Below the pieces are notes generated by a model. That model ran no database searches and was not told the origin of the DNA. It was given only the letters and a program-made list of their open reading frames with translations. Source: Elainellaceae cyanobacterium (lineage in GTDB: Bacteria > Cyanobacteriota > Cyanobacteriia > CAZCXK01). From it: a DNA stretch of 64,000 nt. The first letter of the stretch is position 1; every line of letters starts with the position of its first letter. Location: contig JBNPEG010000048.1 of the NCBI GenBank assembly GCA_051117555.1, forward strand, positions 72,267-136,266. The letters run 5' to 3'. A program made the translations under genes and the position numbers. Shown piece by piece: positions 9,491 through 19,635 of this stretch.

Positions 9491-10504
9491 ATGCATTCAG
9501 GTCAAATTCGATTAAACAAAGCCACGCGGGAATGGGTCATCTATGCTCCGTCTCGTCGTCAGCGTCCCCGTGATTTTCAAGCGAGCAGCAAACAGGGAAA
9601 GCCTCTCACCAATCAGGTCGAGTCGTGCCCGTTTTGCCCTCAAAATGAACACCAACTGCCGTCCATCATTGCGGAGCTGCCCGACTCAAAACCGTGGCAA
9701 ACCCGCGTAGTGCCCAATAAATATCCGGCTTTAACGCCTGATGTCCATATCCATCGTGCCGAGGTTGGCATGTATCTTACCATGCCGAGCTATGGGCAGC
9801 ACGAGGTAATCATTGAAAGCCCTGACCATCATAAAGATATTGCCACCATGTCGATTGAGGAGGTTGAAATTTTGATCGAAACCTATCATCAGCGCTATCT
9901 AGATCTGATGCAGGTACACCAAAACATGATGGTGATTTTGTTTCGCAATCATGGCGATCGCGCGGGAGCCTCTCTAAGCCATCCCCATTCTCAAATTATT
10001 GTGACCGGGATGGTTCCCCATCATATTCGCTGGCGAGAATCTGAAGCGCAGCGCTATTTTGACGACTGGGGGCAATGCGTCTATTGCGACATCATGACCT
10101 TTGAACAGCAGGATGAGACACGCATTATTTTTGAAAACTCGTCGTTTCTAGCGTTTGTGCCCTACGCTGCCGAGGTACCCTTTGAAATTTGGATTATGCC
10201 CAAACAGCATCAAGCCGATTTTGGCAGCATCACGCCTGTCGAAAAATCTGACTTTGCTCGCATCTTACAGCAGGTCTTGGCTACGCTGGGGGAGAGGCTA
10301 CACAACCCAGACTACAATTACATTATCAATACTGCGGCTCGCTATAAGGCAGGAGAACCTCAACTCCACTGGTATTGCCAGATCCGTCCCCGGTTGACGA
10401 CGACCGCGGGGTTTGAAATTGGCTCAGGTATCAGTATTAATCCATCACTCCCTGAAATCGATGCAGAATTTTTGCTGCAACCTCTCGATTCTCTCGCCGA
10501 TTAG
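9491..10504 (+). CDS. galT: Galactose-1-phosphate uridylyltransferase
   Basis: CPFCP, NKYPAL, GASLSHPHSQ catalytic HPH motif. Confidence 0.88.
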   Translation: MHSGQIRLNKATREWVIYAPSRRQRPRDFQASSKQGKPLTNQVESCPFCPQNEHQLPSIIAELPDSKPWQTRVVPNKYPALTPDVHIHRAEVGMYLTMPSYGQHEVIIESPDHHKDIATMSIEEVEILIETYHQRYLDLMQVHQNMMVILFRNHGDRAGASLSHPHSQIIVTGMVPHHIRWRESEAQRYFDDWGQCVYCDIMTFEQQDETRIIFENSSFLAFVPYAAEVPFEIWIMPKQHQADFGSITPVEKSDFARILQQVLATLGERLHNPDYNYIINTAARYKAGEPQLHWYCQIRPRLTTTAGFEIGSGISINPSLPEIDAEFLLQPLDSLAD

Positions 10505-10613
10505 CGCAAATCGTTAACTTTGCTCACTGAGCACATCTCAGGCTTATGGCTCCTCGGTATGCTGATGAAAGAGAACTACATTCCTCCTATTTTCTGCCTC
10601 CTTATAGAAGTCT

Positions 10614-12419
10614 GTGAGTCAATCTATTCTTGAAATCCGAGATTTATCAGTTGAGTTTCCTACCCGCACCGAGACGGTAAATGCCGTCAAGCATGTTTCG
10701 TTTTCCCTATATTCGGGTGAAACACTAGGCATTGTTGGAGAATCAGGATCGGGTAAATCGGTGACCTCTCTTGCGGCAATGGGGCTGCTTCCTCACACCG
10801 CTCGCGTTACGGGAGACATCTTGTTTCGAGATGCTGAGCTTCCGGGCAATAGTTGGCTGAATCTACTGACGCTTCCACCCGAGCAAAAGCGAAAATATCG
10901 CGGCGGCAAACTGGCGATGATCTTTCAAGAACCGCTGACGTCGCTCAATCCTGTGTTGACCTGTGGGCATCAGGTGGTAGAGGCAATTTTGCTGCACCAA
11001 GACGTTGACCCCAAAGAAGCCTCCCGAACGGCGATCGCCCTCTTTGATGAAGTGCAGCTACCAAACCCGTCTTCCATGATGGATCGCTACCCCCATCAGC
11101 TTTCGGGCGGGCAGCAGCAGCGCGTCATGATTGCCATCGCCCTAGCTGGAAATCCGGCAATTCTCATCGCAGATGAACCGACGACTGCTCTGGATGTCAC
11201 CATTCAAGCCACAATCCTAGACTTATTGCGAGACCTGCGCGATCGCCGGGGCATGTCCGTTATTTTCATCACTCACGACATGGGCGTGATTGCCGAAATC
11301 GCCGATCGGGTCATGGTTATGTATCAAGGCAGTGCCGTTGAAACGGCTCAAGTCTATGACCTGTTTGCCCATCCTCAGCACCCCTACACCCAAGGGTTGT
11401 TAAACTGTCGCCCTCGTCCCAATCAGCGACTTCAGCGCTTGCCTACCGTATCTGATTTCATGACCGTCACCCCAACCGCTGACGGAAACCTCGAAATCAT
11501 TTCAAAACTTCATACGCCCGATGAGAAAGATGCGCTGCTGGTAGAAGTAACGGAGCAAGCGGTGCGCGATCGCTACGAATCGCTCCAGCAGCAGGCGCCA
11601 TTGCTATCGGTTCGTCACCTTACCAAAGAATTTCCAGTTCGCAGGGGATGGTTTGCGCAGAAACTATCTCTCAAAGCGGTCGATGACGTTAGCTTTGATG
11701 TTTATCCAGGTGAAACATTGGGGCTCGTAGGTGAATCAGGATGCGGTAAATCAACCCTGAGTCGGTGCTTGCTGCGCCTCATTGAGCCCACATCCGGCGA
11801 GATCAACTTTGATGGTCATTCAATCTTGCAAATGGGCGATCGCCCCCTGCGCTCTTTGCGCCGCTTTATGCAAATCATCTTCCAAAACCCCTATGGGTCA
11901 CTAGACGGACGGCAAACAGTGGGGGCTGCCCTGATAGAGCCGATGGTCATCCACAATTTAGAAAACTCAAACGCCGATCGCCGCGCCAAAGCCATTGATT
12001 TGCTAGAACGAGTGGGCTTAGGAGCAGATGCGCTGTCTCGGATGCCCCACGAATTTTCAGGGGGGCAGCGTCAGCGCATTTGTATCGCCCGTGCCCTTGC
12101 CTGCGAGCCTCGCTTTATTATCTGTGATGAGTCAGTCTCCGCATTGGATGTCTCAGTGCAGGCCCAGGTGCTCAACTTACTCAAAGACTTGCAGAAAGAG
12201 TTTGGGCTGACCTACATCTTTATTTCTCATGATTTAAGCGTTGTGAAATTCGCAAGCGATCGCATCATGGTGATGAACCAAGGGCGCATTGAGGAAATTG
12301 GTCCGGCGGATGAGATTTATAATCATCCTCAGCAAGAGTACACGCGCAAACTAATCCAAGCCATCCCCGATGCCAAGCTCGACGACATTCAAGCCCGCCA
12401 GCGCGTGCGGAGCACCTGA
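10614..12419 (+). CDS. Di/oligopeptide ABC transporter ATP-binding protein (fused double NBD)
   Basis: Two GESG.GKS Walker A motifs, [21 protein letters not shown]. Confidence 0.92.
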   Translation: MSQSILEIRDLSVEFPTRTETVNAVKHVSFSLYSGETLGIVGESGSGKSVTSLAAMGLLPHTARVTGDILFRDAELPGNSWLNLLTLPPEQKRKYRGGKLAMIFQEPLTSLNPVLTCGHQVVEAILLHQDVDPKEASRTAIALFDEVQLPNPSSMMDRYPHQLSGGQQQRVMIAIALAGNPAILIADEPTTALDVTIQATILDLLRDLRDRRGMSVIFITHDMGVIAEIADRVMVMYQGSAVETAQVYDLFAHPQHPYTQGLLNCRPRPNQRLQRLPTVSDFMTVTPTADGNLEIISKLHTPDEKDALLVEVTEQAVRDRYESLQQQAPLLSVRHLTKEFPVRRGWFAQKLSLKAVDDVSFDVYPGETLGLVGESGCGKSTLSRCLLRLIEPTSGEINFDGHSILQMGDRPLRSLRRFMQIIFQNPYGSLDGRQTVGAALIEPMVIHNLENSNADRRAKAIDLLERVGLGADALSRMPHEFSGGQRQRICIARALACEPRFIICDESVSALDVSVQAQVLNLLKDLQKEFGLTYIFISHDLSVVKFASDRIMVMNQGRIEEIGPADEIYNHPQQEYTRKLIQAIPDAKLDDIQARQRVRST

Positions 12420-12439
12420 TGTGTCCCGATTCTTGAGTC

Positions 12440-13339
12440 TTACTCCATACGGCTCACGGTCGGGTTTGCATCGCCTTGTTCAGTCAGATAGTCAAGCTCG
12501 GTTAAAAATGCCCGCAGCGCGGTTGGAAAGTCAGGATGGCGCCCAATCACGTTACCCTGGTCATTCAGAATCTCGAGCCCCCAGTCAGACGCGCGATCGT
12601 ATCGAGCCAACATGAGCTCCCAGCCGCTTTCATATTCGTCTAACAAAATTTTCTGAGCCACATATCCGGCTAAAATCCCATTTACTTCATACCCCTCTGA
12701 CTCGGCAGACTCCAAGGTTTGAAACATGCTCCAAGCGCGCGATCGCACGATTTGTTCGTAGGTGTGGGTCATATCGCGAAATTCCCCATCTTGAAAGGTC
12801 AGAATCACGGATGGAGGATACGACCCCGCATAGGAACTAAATGCATAAAGAAACGCATTGTCATAGGTTGAAAACTCTTGCAACCCGTCTTCATCGAGAT
12901 CCCGAAACGTTCCACCCCCTCCGTCTAACATGTCGAGCTGAATGTCCTCAAACTGACTATCTCGCCAGGTATATACGGTAAACGAGGTACAGCAATGGGC
13001 TCCTCCGGTATAGGTTTCGACGATTACTTCCGGCATTCCATTCTGGTCTAAGTCTCGAAGGCTCACGCCACCTCGATAAAAGGTGGATTGAGAGGCTTCT
13101 AGTTGCACAGTATCGTCATAGTAAATTTCATAGTGCAGATTCTCTAGTTCGTCGCTTTCGTTAGGCGGTTGATAGCTGACCGACACTCGAATCGCGCTCT
13201 CACTCATGTTTCGATTCTCAAAGGCTTCGGTATCTTGATCTAAGGTAATACGCAGATCTGAGTCCGCCAGGGCTGGAGGAGAGATCACTAGGGCGATCGC
13301 ACTACAGAATGAGAATACAGACTGGCTAAAAAATTTCAT
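12440..13339 (-). CDS. Secreted hypothetical protein with FG-GAP/VCBS-like Ca-binding loops
   Basis: Signal peptide (PALA), DLDQNGMPE, DLDEDGLQE, TGGAHCC. Confidence 0.75.
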   Translation of the reverse strand: MKFFSQSVFSFCSAIALVISPPALADSDLRITLDQDTEAFENRNMSESAIRVSVSYQPPNESDELENLHYEIYYDDTVQLEASQSTFYRGGVSLRDLDQNGMPEVIVETYTGGAHCCTSFTVYTWRDSQFEDIQLDMLDGGGGTFRDLDEDGLQEFSTYDNAFLYAFSSYAGSYPPSVILTFQDGEFRDMTHTYEQIVRSRAWSMFQTLESAESEGYEVNGILAGYVAQKILLDEYESGWELMLARYDRASDWGLEILNDQGNVIGRHPDFPTALRAFLTELDYLTEQGDANPTVSRME

Positions 13340-13397
13340 CACGTTCCTTGATTTATCGTCCTCATCGGAGGAATGATCACGCAGCAAACGGCATTAC

Positions 13398-13892
13398 CTA
13401 TCCCAAACGAGACAAAATCAGAATATTAGTAACACCCAACGTTTCTAGAGAAATCCAACCGATAAACACCCCATATGCACCCAACAACAACCAGCATTCA
13501 CCGCGAGTCAGGGTGAGACAAGTCCGCATCATTGTAAACAGCAGAATGGTTGCCAGGGTCAATACCCCCATCATAGGAGCAGCGATCGCAAAATCAATGA
13601 TTGATGCTCCGGCAATCAAAACACCTGCCGGAATCGCCACCAGCAAATCAAAAATATTGCTTCCCCAAACAGTTGCCATGCTGACGATTGATTTCCCTTG
13701 GCGGGCGGCTCGAATACTGACAAATGCATCTGGGAGGCTAGTTGCCGCCGCAATCACGGTCAATCCCCACAGAAAAGAAGGGGTTCCCAAAACATCACCC
13801 AATCCAATTGCAGCACGAAGCAATCCTTCTACGCTACCGACAATAATTCCAAGGCTAGCGCATAGCCGCATCCATTCCCGACCCACAACATC
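13398..13892 (-). pseudogene. C-terminal half of sodium:calcium (CaCA) antiporter
   Basis: Only the alpha-2 repeat (IAAATSLPD..GSNIFDLL); in-frame stop just upstream; abuts the stop of the preceding gene. Confidence 0.7.
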
Positions 13893-14509
13893 TAGTCAGC
13901 AAAATACACTCCCCAGATTGAGTAGCTGCCTTGCTGCATGTCATTTTCATTCTCATAGAAGGCAACTTCTACGTCTGGGGTTCCTTCACCTTGCTCCGCC
14001 GAGTCAAGCATAAGCCCTACAACGGAATAGGACGTGCCATCTAAGACAAGTGGCTGATCAAGACTTAACAGATATTCATAATCGGTTTGAGATATGACTG
14101 TATAGGGTGTTGACCCTATATCACTCCACCTGATTTCGTCAGGCGTTACTGTCATTTCTCCAAACGCAAATAGGCTCTCCGATAGAGGCTGCCATTGTCT
14201 TAACATCTGGTCTGGCAATGATTGACCAGACGAGGTAGGTGGGCTTGGAGGAGGAGAAGGGCTTTGAGCAAGGGGAGCCGCACTTTCAGATGATGGAGTT
14301 GATTCAGAGGATGGAGTTGATTCAGAGGATGGAGAAGACTGAGTTGCCTGAGGCACCGGTTCCACTGGGGATGGACTATCAGCAATCGACGACGAGTCAG
14401 GCGATGTGCGACACCCTACGCTGAGCGTGAGCACTGCCCACGTCCCGCATACCCATGCTCCATTTAAAGTGAAGCGTCTCAGCAATTGTTGGAATGAATC
14501 GGGAAACAT
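13892..14509 (-). CDS. Hypothetical lipoprotein
   Basis: LTLSVGC lipobox-like site, Ser/Pro linker with 18-bp SSESTP repeats, acidic globular C-terminus. Confidence 0.7.
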   Translation of the reverse strand: MFPDSFQQLLRRFTLNGAWVCGTWAVLTLSVGCRTSPDSSSIADSPSPVEPVPQATQSSPSSESTPSSESTPSSESAAPLAQSPSPPPSPPTSSGQSLPDQMLRQWQPLSESLFAFGEMTVTPDEIRWSDIGSTPYTVISQTDYEYLLSLDQPLVLDGTSYSVVGLMLDSAEQGEGTPDVEVAFYENENDMQQGSYSIWGVYFAD

Positions 14510-14566
14510 CGTACTGACAAACCATCCATAGTTGCAATTCAAAACATAGCTAATCGGCTTACATTT

Positions 14567-14691
14567 GGGGCTTACGGATTCCAGTCCCAAATTTTAGGTG
14601 ACAGGTTTAGCGCGTCGGCGCGTTGAAAAGCACCCGTCTTCGGCTATTGCTAAGACCATTCACCTATTGAATCGGTAACTGCGTAAGCCCC
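14567..14691. mobile_element. MITE-like element (GGGGCTTACG ends)
   Basis: GGGGCTTACGGATT / ACTGCGTAAGCCCC inverted ends; no clear TSD. Confidence 0.5.
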
Positions 14692-14714
14692 GTCCTCTTA
14701 GTAATTACGACTGA

Positions 14715-15005
14715 TTACCGATTCCGGTTTGGTTCGCCGCTGAAGGGTTGAGTTCCTGTTGTCGGATAATTGTCGTGTTCTGGGCTGAAAATTTCGAGCA
14801 CCGCTTCAGCCAGAGTTCTAAAGAAGCCTGGCTGCTGCTTTAACTCATCAATGGCATCTTCGACATGGTCAGGAGAAAACTGAAATCCCTCTTTTTGCCC
14901 TAAGCCAACTAGTTCATCTTTACTGGTGACGGATTGAAGCTCGCGTTTTAGCTGCTCATCCTCCGCTGCCTTGGTGAAGAATTGAAGTACCTTCTCTTTG
15001 GACAT
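14715..15005 (-). CDS. Nif11-like leader peptide family protein
   Basis: MSKEKVLQFF..AAEDEQLKRELQ...ELVGLGQKEGFQFS. Confidence 0.8.
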   Translation of the reverse strand: MSKEKVLQFFTKAAEDEQLKRELQSVTSKDELVGLGQKEGFQFSPDHVEDAIDELKQQPGFFRTLAEAVLEIFSPEHDNYPTTGTQPFSGEPNRNR

Positions 15006-15225
15006 AGTTATCCACCCGTATCTTAAGCTACAAATTTGCGTCCTGTAGTTCTAGGATATCTTCTCTAGCTCTAGATACTGCAATCAATTCGTTAAGACAA
15101 GGTACAGAGAAACATAGAGGAACATAGATGCATGGATGGTAAGAGGGATATAGCAAACTCCTGCTATGGAAGAGTCCAAAGCAGGTATCCGCTATACTCA
15201 AAGCCGTCGTGGGTCAATTGAGCGT

Positions 15226-15939
15226 TTATGAGATTCGGCTTGCATCTGCCACTTCTTTCGACACACTATATAGCCCGGTCTTTCCGCGATACCACTTTTT
15301 GTTTCTTAGGCCTACCGATAACACGTTGGATAGGCGATCGCGCGCACTGGTGCGGGCAGGCTTGGGAATATCATCCACGAAGATGGCATCAATAATGCTG
15401 GGCACTTCTACCACTTCCTTGGGATGGTCTTGAAGCACCGCTAATACAGCTTGTGGCAATGAGCGATCGCTATATTCTTTGCGAACATAGGGTTGCCAGT
15501 CGCTCGACTTCTTGCTCTTAGCGCTCGATTTTTGAGAGGTTGTTGCACTCTTTGTCGATGGTTTCGCAGCGGATTTAGGAGCTTTGGACGCTTTACTCTG
15601 ACGTGCAGAGCTTTGACGTTTCGGTGATTTATCGTCAGATGCAGAATCTTCTTCTTTAAGGGTAGACGGTTTATCTACTGACTTGGCAGCAGCTTCAGGA
15701 GATTCAGAAACAAACCCATTCACTGCAGATGATACCGCTTCATCGAGCGGAACCCCGGATGAAACTGGCTCACCGGACGACGAAAACATGTGAATTACGG
15801 TTTGCAGGCTTTTCCGCTTTTCTTGAATAGCTTCGAGTTGAGCCGCTAGCTGGACTTCCTGAGAAGCAAGCTCGGTGTCCACCTCTAAAAGTTTGGTCTC
15901 CATGGGCTCGGACGGGGATTGAACAGAAGATTTCGGCAT
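15226..15939 (-). CDS. Hypothetical protein: coiled coil, Lys/Ser-rich linker, winged-helix-like C-terminus
   Basis: 237 aa ORF with GAGG RBS; domain layout read from composition. Confidence 0.75.
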   Translation of the reverse strand: MPKSSVQSPSEPMETKLLEVDTELASQEVQLAAQLEAIQEKRKSLQTVIHMFSSSGEPVSSGVPLDEAVSSAVNGFVSESPEAAAKSVDKPSTLKEEDSASDDKSPKRQSSARQSKASKAPKSAAKPSTKSATTSQKSSAKSKKSSDWQPYVRKEYSDRSLPQAVLAVLQDHPKEVVEVPSIIDAIFVDDIPKPARTSARDRLSNVLSVGLRNKKWYRGKTGLYSVSKEVADASRIS

Positions 15940-17132
15940 AAAACTACCTCAACTATGAAAAGATACAGAGTTTAATTCGAAGAAACTGTAAACCATTACG
16001 CTATGCGAGCAAAAATACTCTGCAATGATTTTGCAATGATTTATATCGTCATGTATCACGGATGCTGTGATTTTCAAGCAAGCTGAACATTTTTAGGTTG
16101 TATCGCAACATATTAGCAAACATTTCATGAAGCGATCGCTCTTTAATATTAGTAGATTTAGAACGACTTTGAATACATTTTGACAAGAATTACGCTTAAT
16201 AATGGAGTGACGCTGTTAAGTTAATAGCTTCCCTAAGACAGTCCTTTCCCTGTCATACATTGCCTCCAACTCACGCATACACGATTACGTCTTAGATTCT
16301 ATGGAGTCTAAGATTTTCCCTATGCTGTCAGAATATTGATCTTTCCTTTCTAAAATCCTGCATACCAGGGTCGCTTATGTCAGGATTTAGCTAAATATAT
16401 TAACTGATTACATAAATAGCTATCTCGTTTAAGAATAGACCGTCCAATCATTAGTGGTTGTCTCCATCTACCAACGTGAGAAGAGTCTATCCAAGACCAG
16501 AACAATTAACACCGTCAGTGGTATTGAAACGTCGATCTGCTAAAAATCTACTAACCATTTGTGACGGCAAACAATAACCATAATTTATGATTACTTAGTG
16601 ATTGATGCTATCTCAGCTAATCTAACTGCTTCCGAATAATGCCAGAACTATCAGGATTAGTTATTCTGCTTGCGATTTCATTGTTGTACTTTCATCTACT
16701 TGGATTTCGAGAAAGCAAATATGAATACCAATCATCCCTGACGCGGTAGCGTCATCCTCAAGGATGAAAGGGAGTATAACGTATTAACCTGGCAATCATG
16801 GTTCTTGCAGATCTAAAGCCGGGTTTTGCTTGCGCTCAATATTTGAAAATGATGGATTGAGTAGAGTCAACATGTCGTCTCAATCTATGCTTGTTCTTTT
16901 ATGACCTAGCAGGAGGGTGATAGCATGGGCGCTTTATGGGAGTGCGACTTGACTCGAGCGTGTGCTGCTGCGATCGGGAGTCAACAGTATGTTGGCAAGG
17001 GCGATCGCCTACTTTCACCGCTCTAATTGCTAGAATCAGACCCGTCACTCTGGGAGCATTGAGATGAGAGATTGGTAGAGCGTGTAGCGGCAAGAAGAAT
17101 ATTAGAGGTGGATTAAGAAGCACAAGCAGTCT

Positions 17133-17321
17133 TTATGATGGGTTCGATGGCTCGACAGCTTCAGGTCGAGCCATCCAGGGCTTGTCTCTTACAGATATGT
17201 TCTGGTCAATGATCCCTACTGGAATTTCTAATTTGCAGCTCTTGCAAAACCAACATATCTGCTGATTGCGAATATGGCGAAGGAGTATGTCTCCGCAGCA
17301 CGGACAAAAATTGCATGCCAT
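17133..17321 (-). CDS. Small Zn-ribbon protein
   Basis: CPCCGDILLRHIR....WFCKSC; ATG at 17321. Confidence 0.7.
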   Translation of the reverse strand: MACNFCPCCGDILLRHIRNQQICWFCKSCKLEIPVGIIDQNISVRDKPWMARPEAVEPSNPS

Positions 17322-17439
17322 GTCTGACGTTTGAGTAAGGTAAAAATTGAATCGATTCAATTTTGCTAAGACTGAGAGACTCTCAAATATACTCAGCGTG
17401 CTAACGCTCAATCGTTGCTGTAGTATCCGATCTCATTTA

Positions 17440-17455
17440 GTTCGGTCATGCCCAC
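17440..17455 (+). promoter_or_regulatory. K-box-like heat-shock element upstream of hsp20
   Basis: GTTCGG-TCAT-GCCCAC versus cyanobacterial K-box GTTCGG-NNAN-CCNNAC (1 mismatch). Confidence 0.55.
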
Positions 17456-17532
17456 CGACTCCCAAACAAACAAAGATTAAGCTGTGAATAGTTAAAGATT
17501 CAACCTAAATTTCCACGATTGGAGGACTAATC

Positions 17533-17973
17533 ATGGTTATTATTCACCGGGCTCCGTTACGAGAAATGGACAATTTGCATCATGAGATGAATCAACTCTT
17601 GGATGATGTTTTTATGCCTTCGACACACAAAGGTAATGCCTCCTCTATTGTGCCCGCCGTCGAAATGGAAGAAACATCCGATGCGATTCTTTTAAAAGCA
17701 GAAATTCCGGGTGTTGATGCGAACGATTTAGACATTCAGGTCACGGCTGATTCTGTTCTGATTCGAGGCGATCGCAAGTCTGAAACTCGCCCAGATCAGC
17801 GCCACTCAACTCGCAGCGAATTCCGCTACGGCACTTTTCATAGAGTGATTCCACTGTCGGTTCGTATCAACAATCAGAAAGTAAATGCAGATTACAAAAA
17901 CGGTATTTTGAGCCTACACTTGCCGAAAGCCGAGGATGAAAAAAATAAGGTTTTCAAGGTAAGTTTGGCCTAG
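17533..17973 (+). CDS. hspA: Hsp20/alpha-crystallin small heat shock protein
   Basis: VPAVEM, AEIPG, RSEFRYGTFHRVIPL, ADYKNGILSLHLPK; GGAGG RBS. Confidence 0.9.
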   Translation: MVIIHRAPLREMDNLHHEMNQLLDDVFMPSTHKGNASSIVPAVEMEETSDAILLKAEIPGVDANDLDIQVTADSVLIRGDRKSETRPDQRHSTRSEFRYGTFHRVIPLSVRINNQKVNADYKNGILSLHLPKAEDEKNKVFKVSLA

Positions 17974-18068
17974 GGTTGCCTGTTGAGTAGTCATCGGCAT
18001 TAGTAGGCGATCGAGTTCCGTACGTGTGCTAAAGTAGCATATTCGCTTCTGGTACATCTAGGAGCGAA

Positions 18069-18221
18069 TATGGCAATCCCAAATGATTTGTAAAAATCCC
18101 CAGGACGCCAACGCTTGTCCGATGCATCGCATCAGCGTCTCGTTTCTCCTGATGGAGAGGCGTTGCCAATGCGGGCAAGATGCCCGCACTCCCATTTCAT
18201 GAATGATTTAGGGTTGCTATA
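18069..18221. mobile_element. MITE with TA flanks (IS630/Tc1-like) carrying REP-like hairpin
   Basis: TA-TGGCAATCCCAAATGATTTG ... ATGAATGATTTAGGGTTGCTA-TA; internal GCGGGCAAGATGCCCGCACT. Confidence 0.75.
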
Positions 18222-18677
18222 GGGAGGGCGATCGCCTTTCACCCCTCTAGCAATATATTATATTCTCTGATAACGAATATTTCAAGACTAGCAAAGATCG
18301 TTATAACCCAGTGATATAAGGTATTTAACGCCTATAATCTAACCTACGAACGTTGCAAACTTCAGAATTTTTCTCTACTCTATCAATAGAGGTAGATTGC
18401 TTAGTCCTGTCATTGGTAGTGGCACTAAGGCAATAAGTTGAGCAGTCAGAAAAGCTTTAATTGGACGTTTATTGACTTGAATAGTCATTTTACTACCGAA
18501 GGATTAGCGTGCAAACGCACAGTTTTTAGATGCGTTGCACTCGCAAGGAGTTGCCTGTGTTGTGTAACTTCTTGCTTCATGCAGTTTTAGTAAAAGCTTT
18601 GAAGATCGTGCCTAGCCCTACCTTATTTGGAGTGTCATCTGTTGGCACTAATGTCGCATTGAGAAAGAGGCAATAGA

Positions 18678-18878
18678 ATGCGCTCTCGTTATCCTAGACG
18701 AAATTCGTTTCGCTCTCGACTAAATAAATGCATCACCGCAAGTCTTGCTGTCATAGCGGTTACGCTTTGGATTCTTGCAAATTCTTCGACAAATGCTGCG
18801 ATTGAGCAAGATCCAAGCTCAGATGTATTCTACGCAGACCTGACTGTAGCATCCGATGTGGTGCAATCTCTGCGATGA
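18678..18878 (+). CDS. Small hypothetical protein with single TM/signal segment
   Basis: 66 aa, basic N-terminus plus hydrophobic stretch, GAGG RBS. Confidence 0.45.
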   Translation: MRSRYPRRNSFRSRLNKCITASLAVIAVTLWILANSSTNAAIEQDPSSDVFYADLTVASDVVQSLR

Positions 18879-19635
18879 TGAGATATTAGTCGCTAGATTA
18901 GCGTGACTCAGAGTAAAGGCGATCGCACTACTCTGTTAACTAACTGAGACAGACGTGGAAAATTCAGATATACAGGCTGAAACTCCATTGTCTGTCTTTG
19001 ATTGATATAATTCTCTAGTCAGAGATAGATGGCAATGGGCACTCTTGGAGCGTTTAGCCTGTAACCTACGCTTCAGTCTTAGCCTGAGTATACTAGCGTC
19101 GAACCATTGACTCGAATTGACGTTATAGCCAACTATACATTCCCTCACGATCGGAAAAATAGTAGGCATAATTTATATACCGAAGCATCTCAAAATTTTG
19201 ACCCAGGCTGGAATTGTTACTCGCCAGCAACAGGGAGTTTGTGGTTACTATCAAATTTAGAATCCGTTTGTATTCGAACTGTGTGAACTAGTTTGTGATG
19301 CCCTTATCTATTCAAATTGAGCAGCAAAACAAGCGCCTTGAGCAGCTAGGAGCGATCCGCCAGAATCGCTGAGAATTCTATGCTTGAGTTCATTATTGAG
19401 AAGGGACGTGGAGTGCTACGTCCCTTTTCGATGAGATTCAGCGGAAAAGTTTGGTGAGGGGTTGCCTTACGAATCGTCACGCTGTGAATTTTCTTGTAAG
19501 AATTTACCTCATCTACATTATTGAATCTGATCAAGCGGTAGTTGAAGCTTGGAAAAGAGTGATGATCGTGGAAAGCAATTTAGCATGTATAGCGGTAACT
19601 CATTCTATCCATTATCATCCCCTGCCATTGCCATA

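Noticed and set aside
13348..14013. 221-aa plus-strand ORF and similar antisense ORFs inside larger genes
   Set aside because: Shadow frames opposite well-supported genes, with no motifs.
16737..16773. Hammerhead-like three-stem structure
   Set aside because: Short stems are present but the CUGANGA core is not intact.
15940..16900. Riboswitch or hidden gene in the long AT-rich spacer
   Set aside because: No TPP, cobalamin, c-di-GMP or c-di-AMP consensus and no credible ORF recognised by eye; an Infernal scan would be needed to exclude one.
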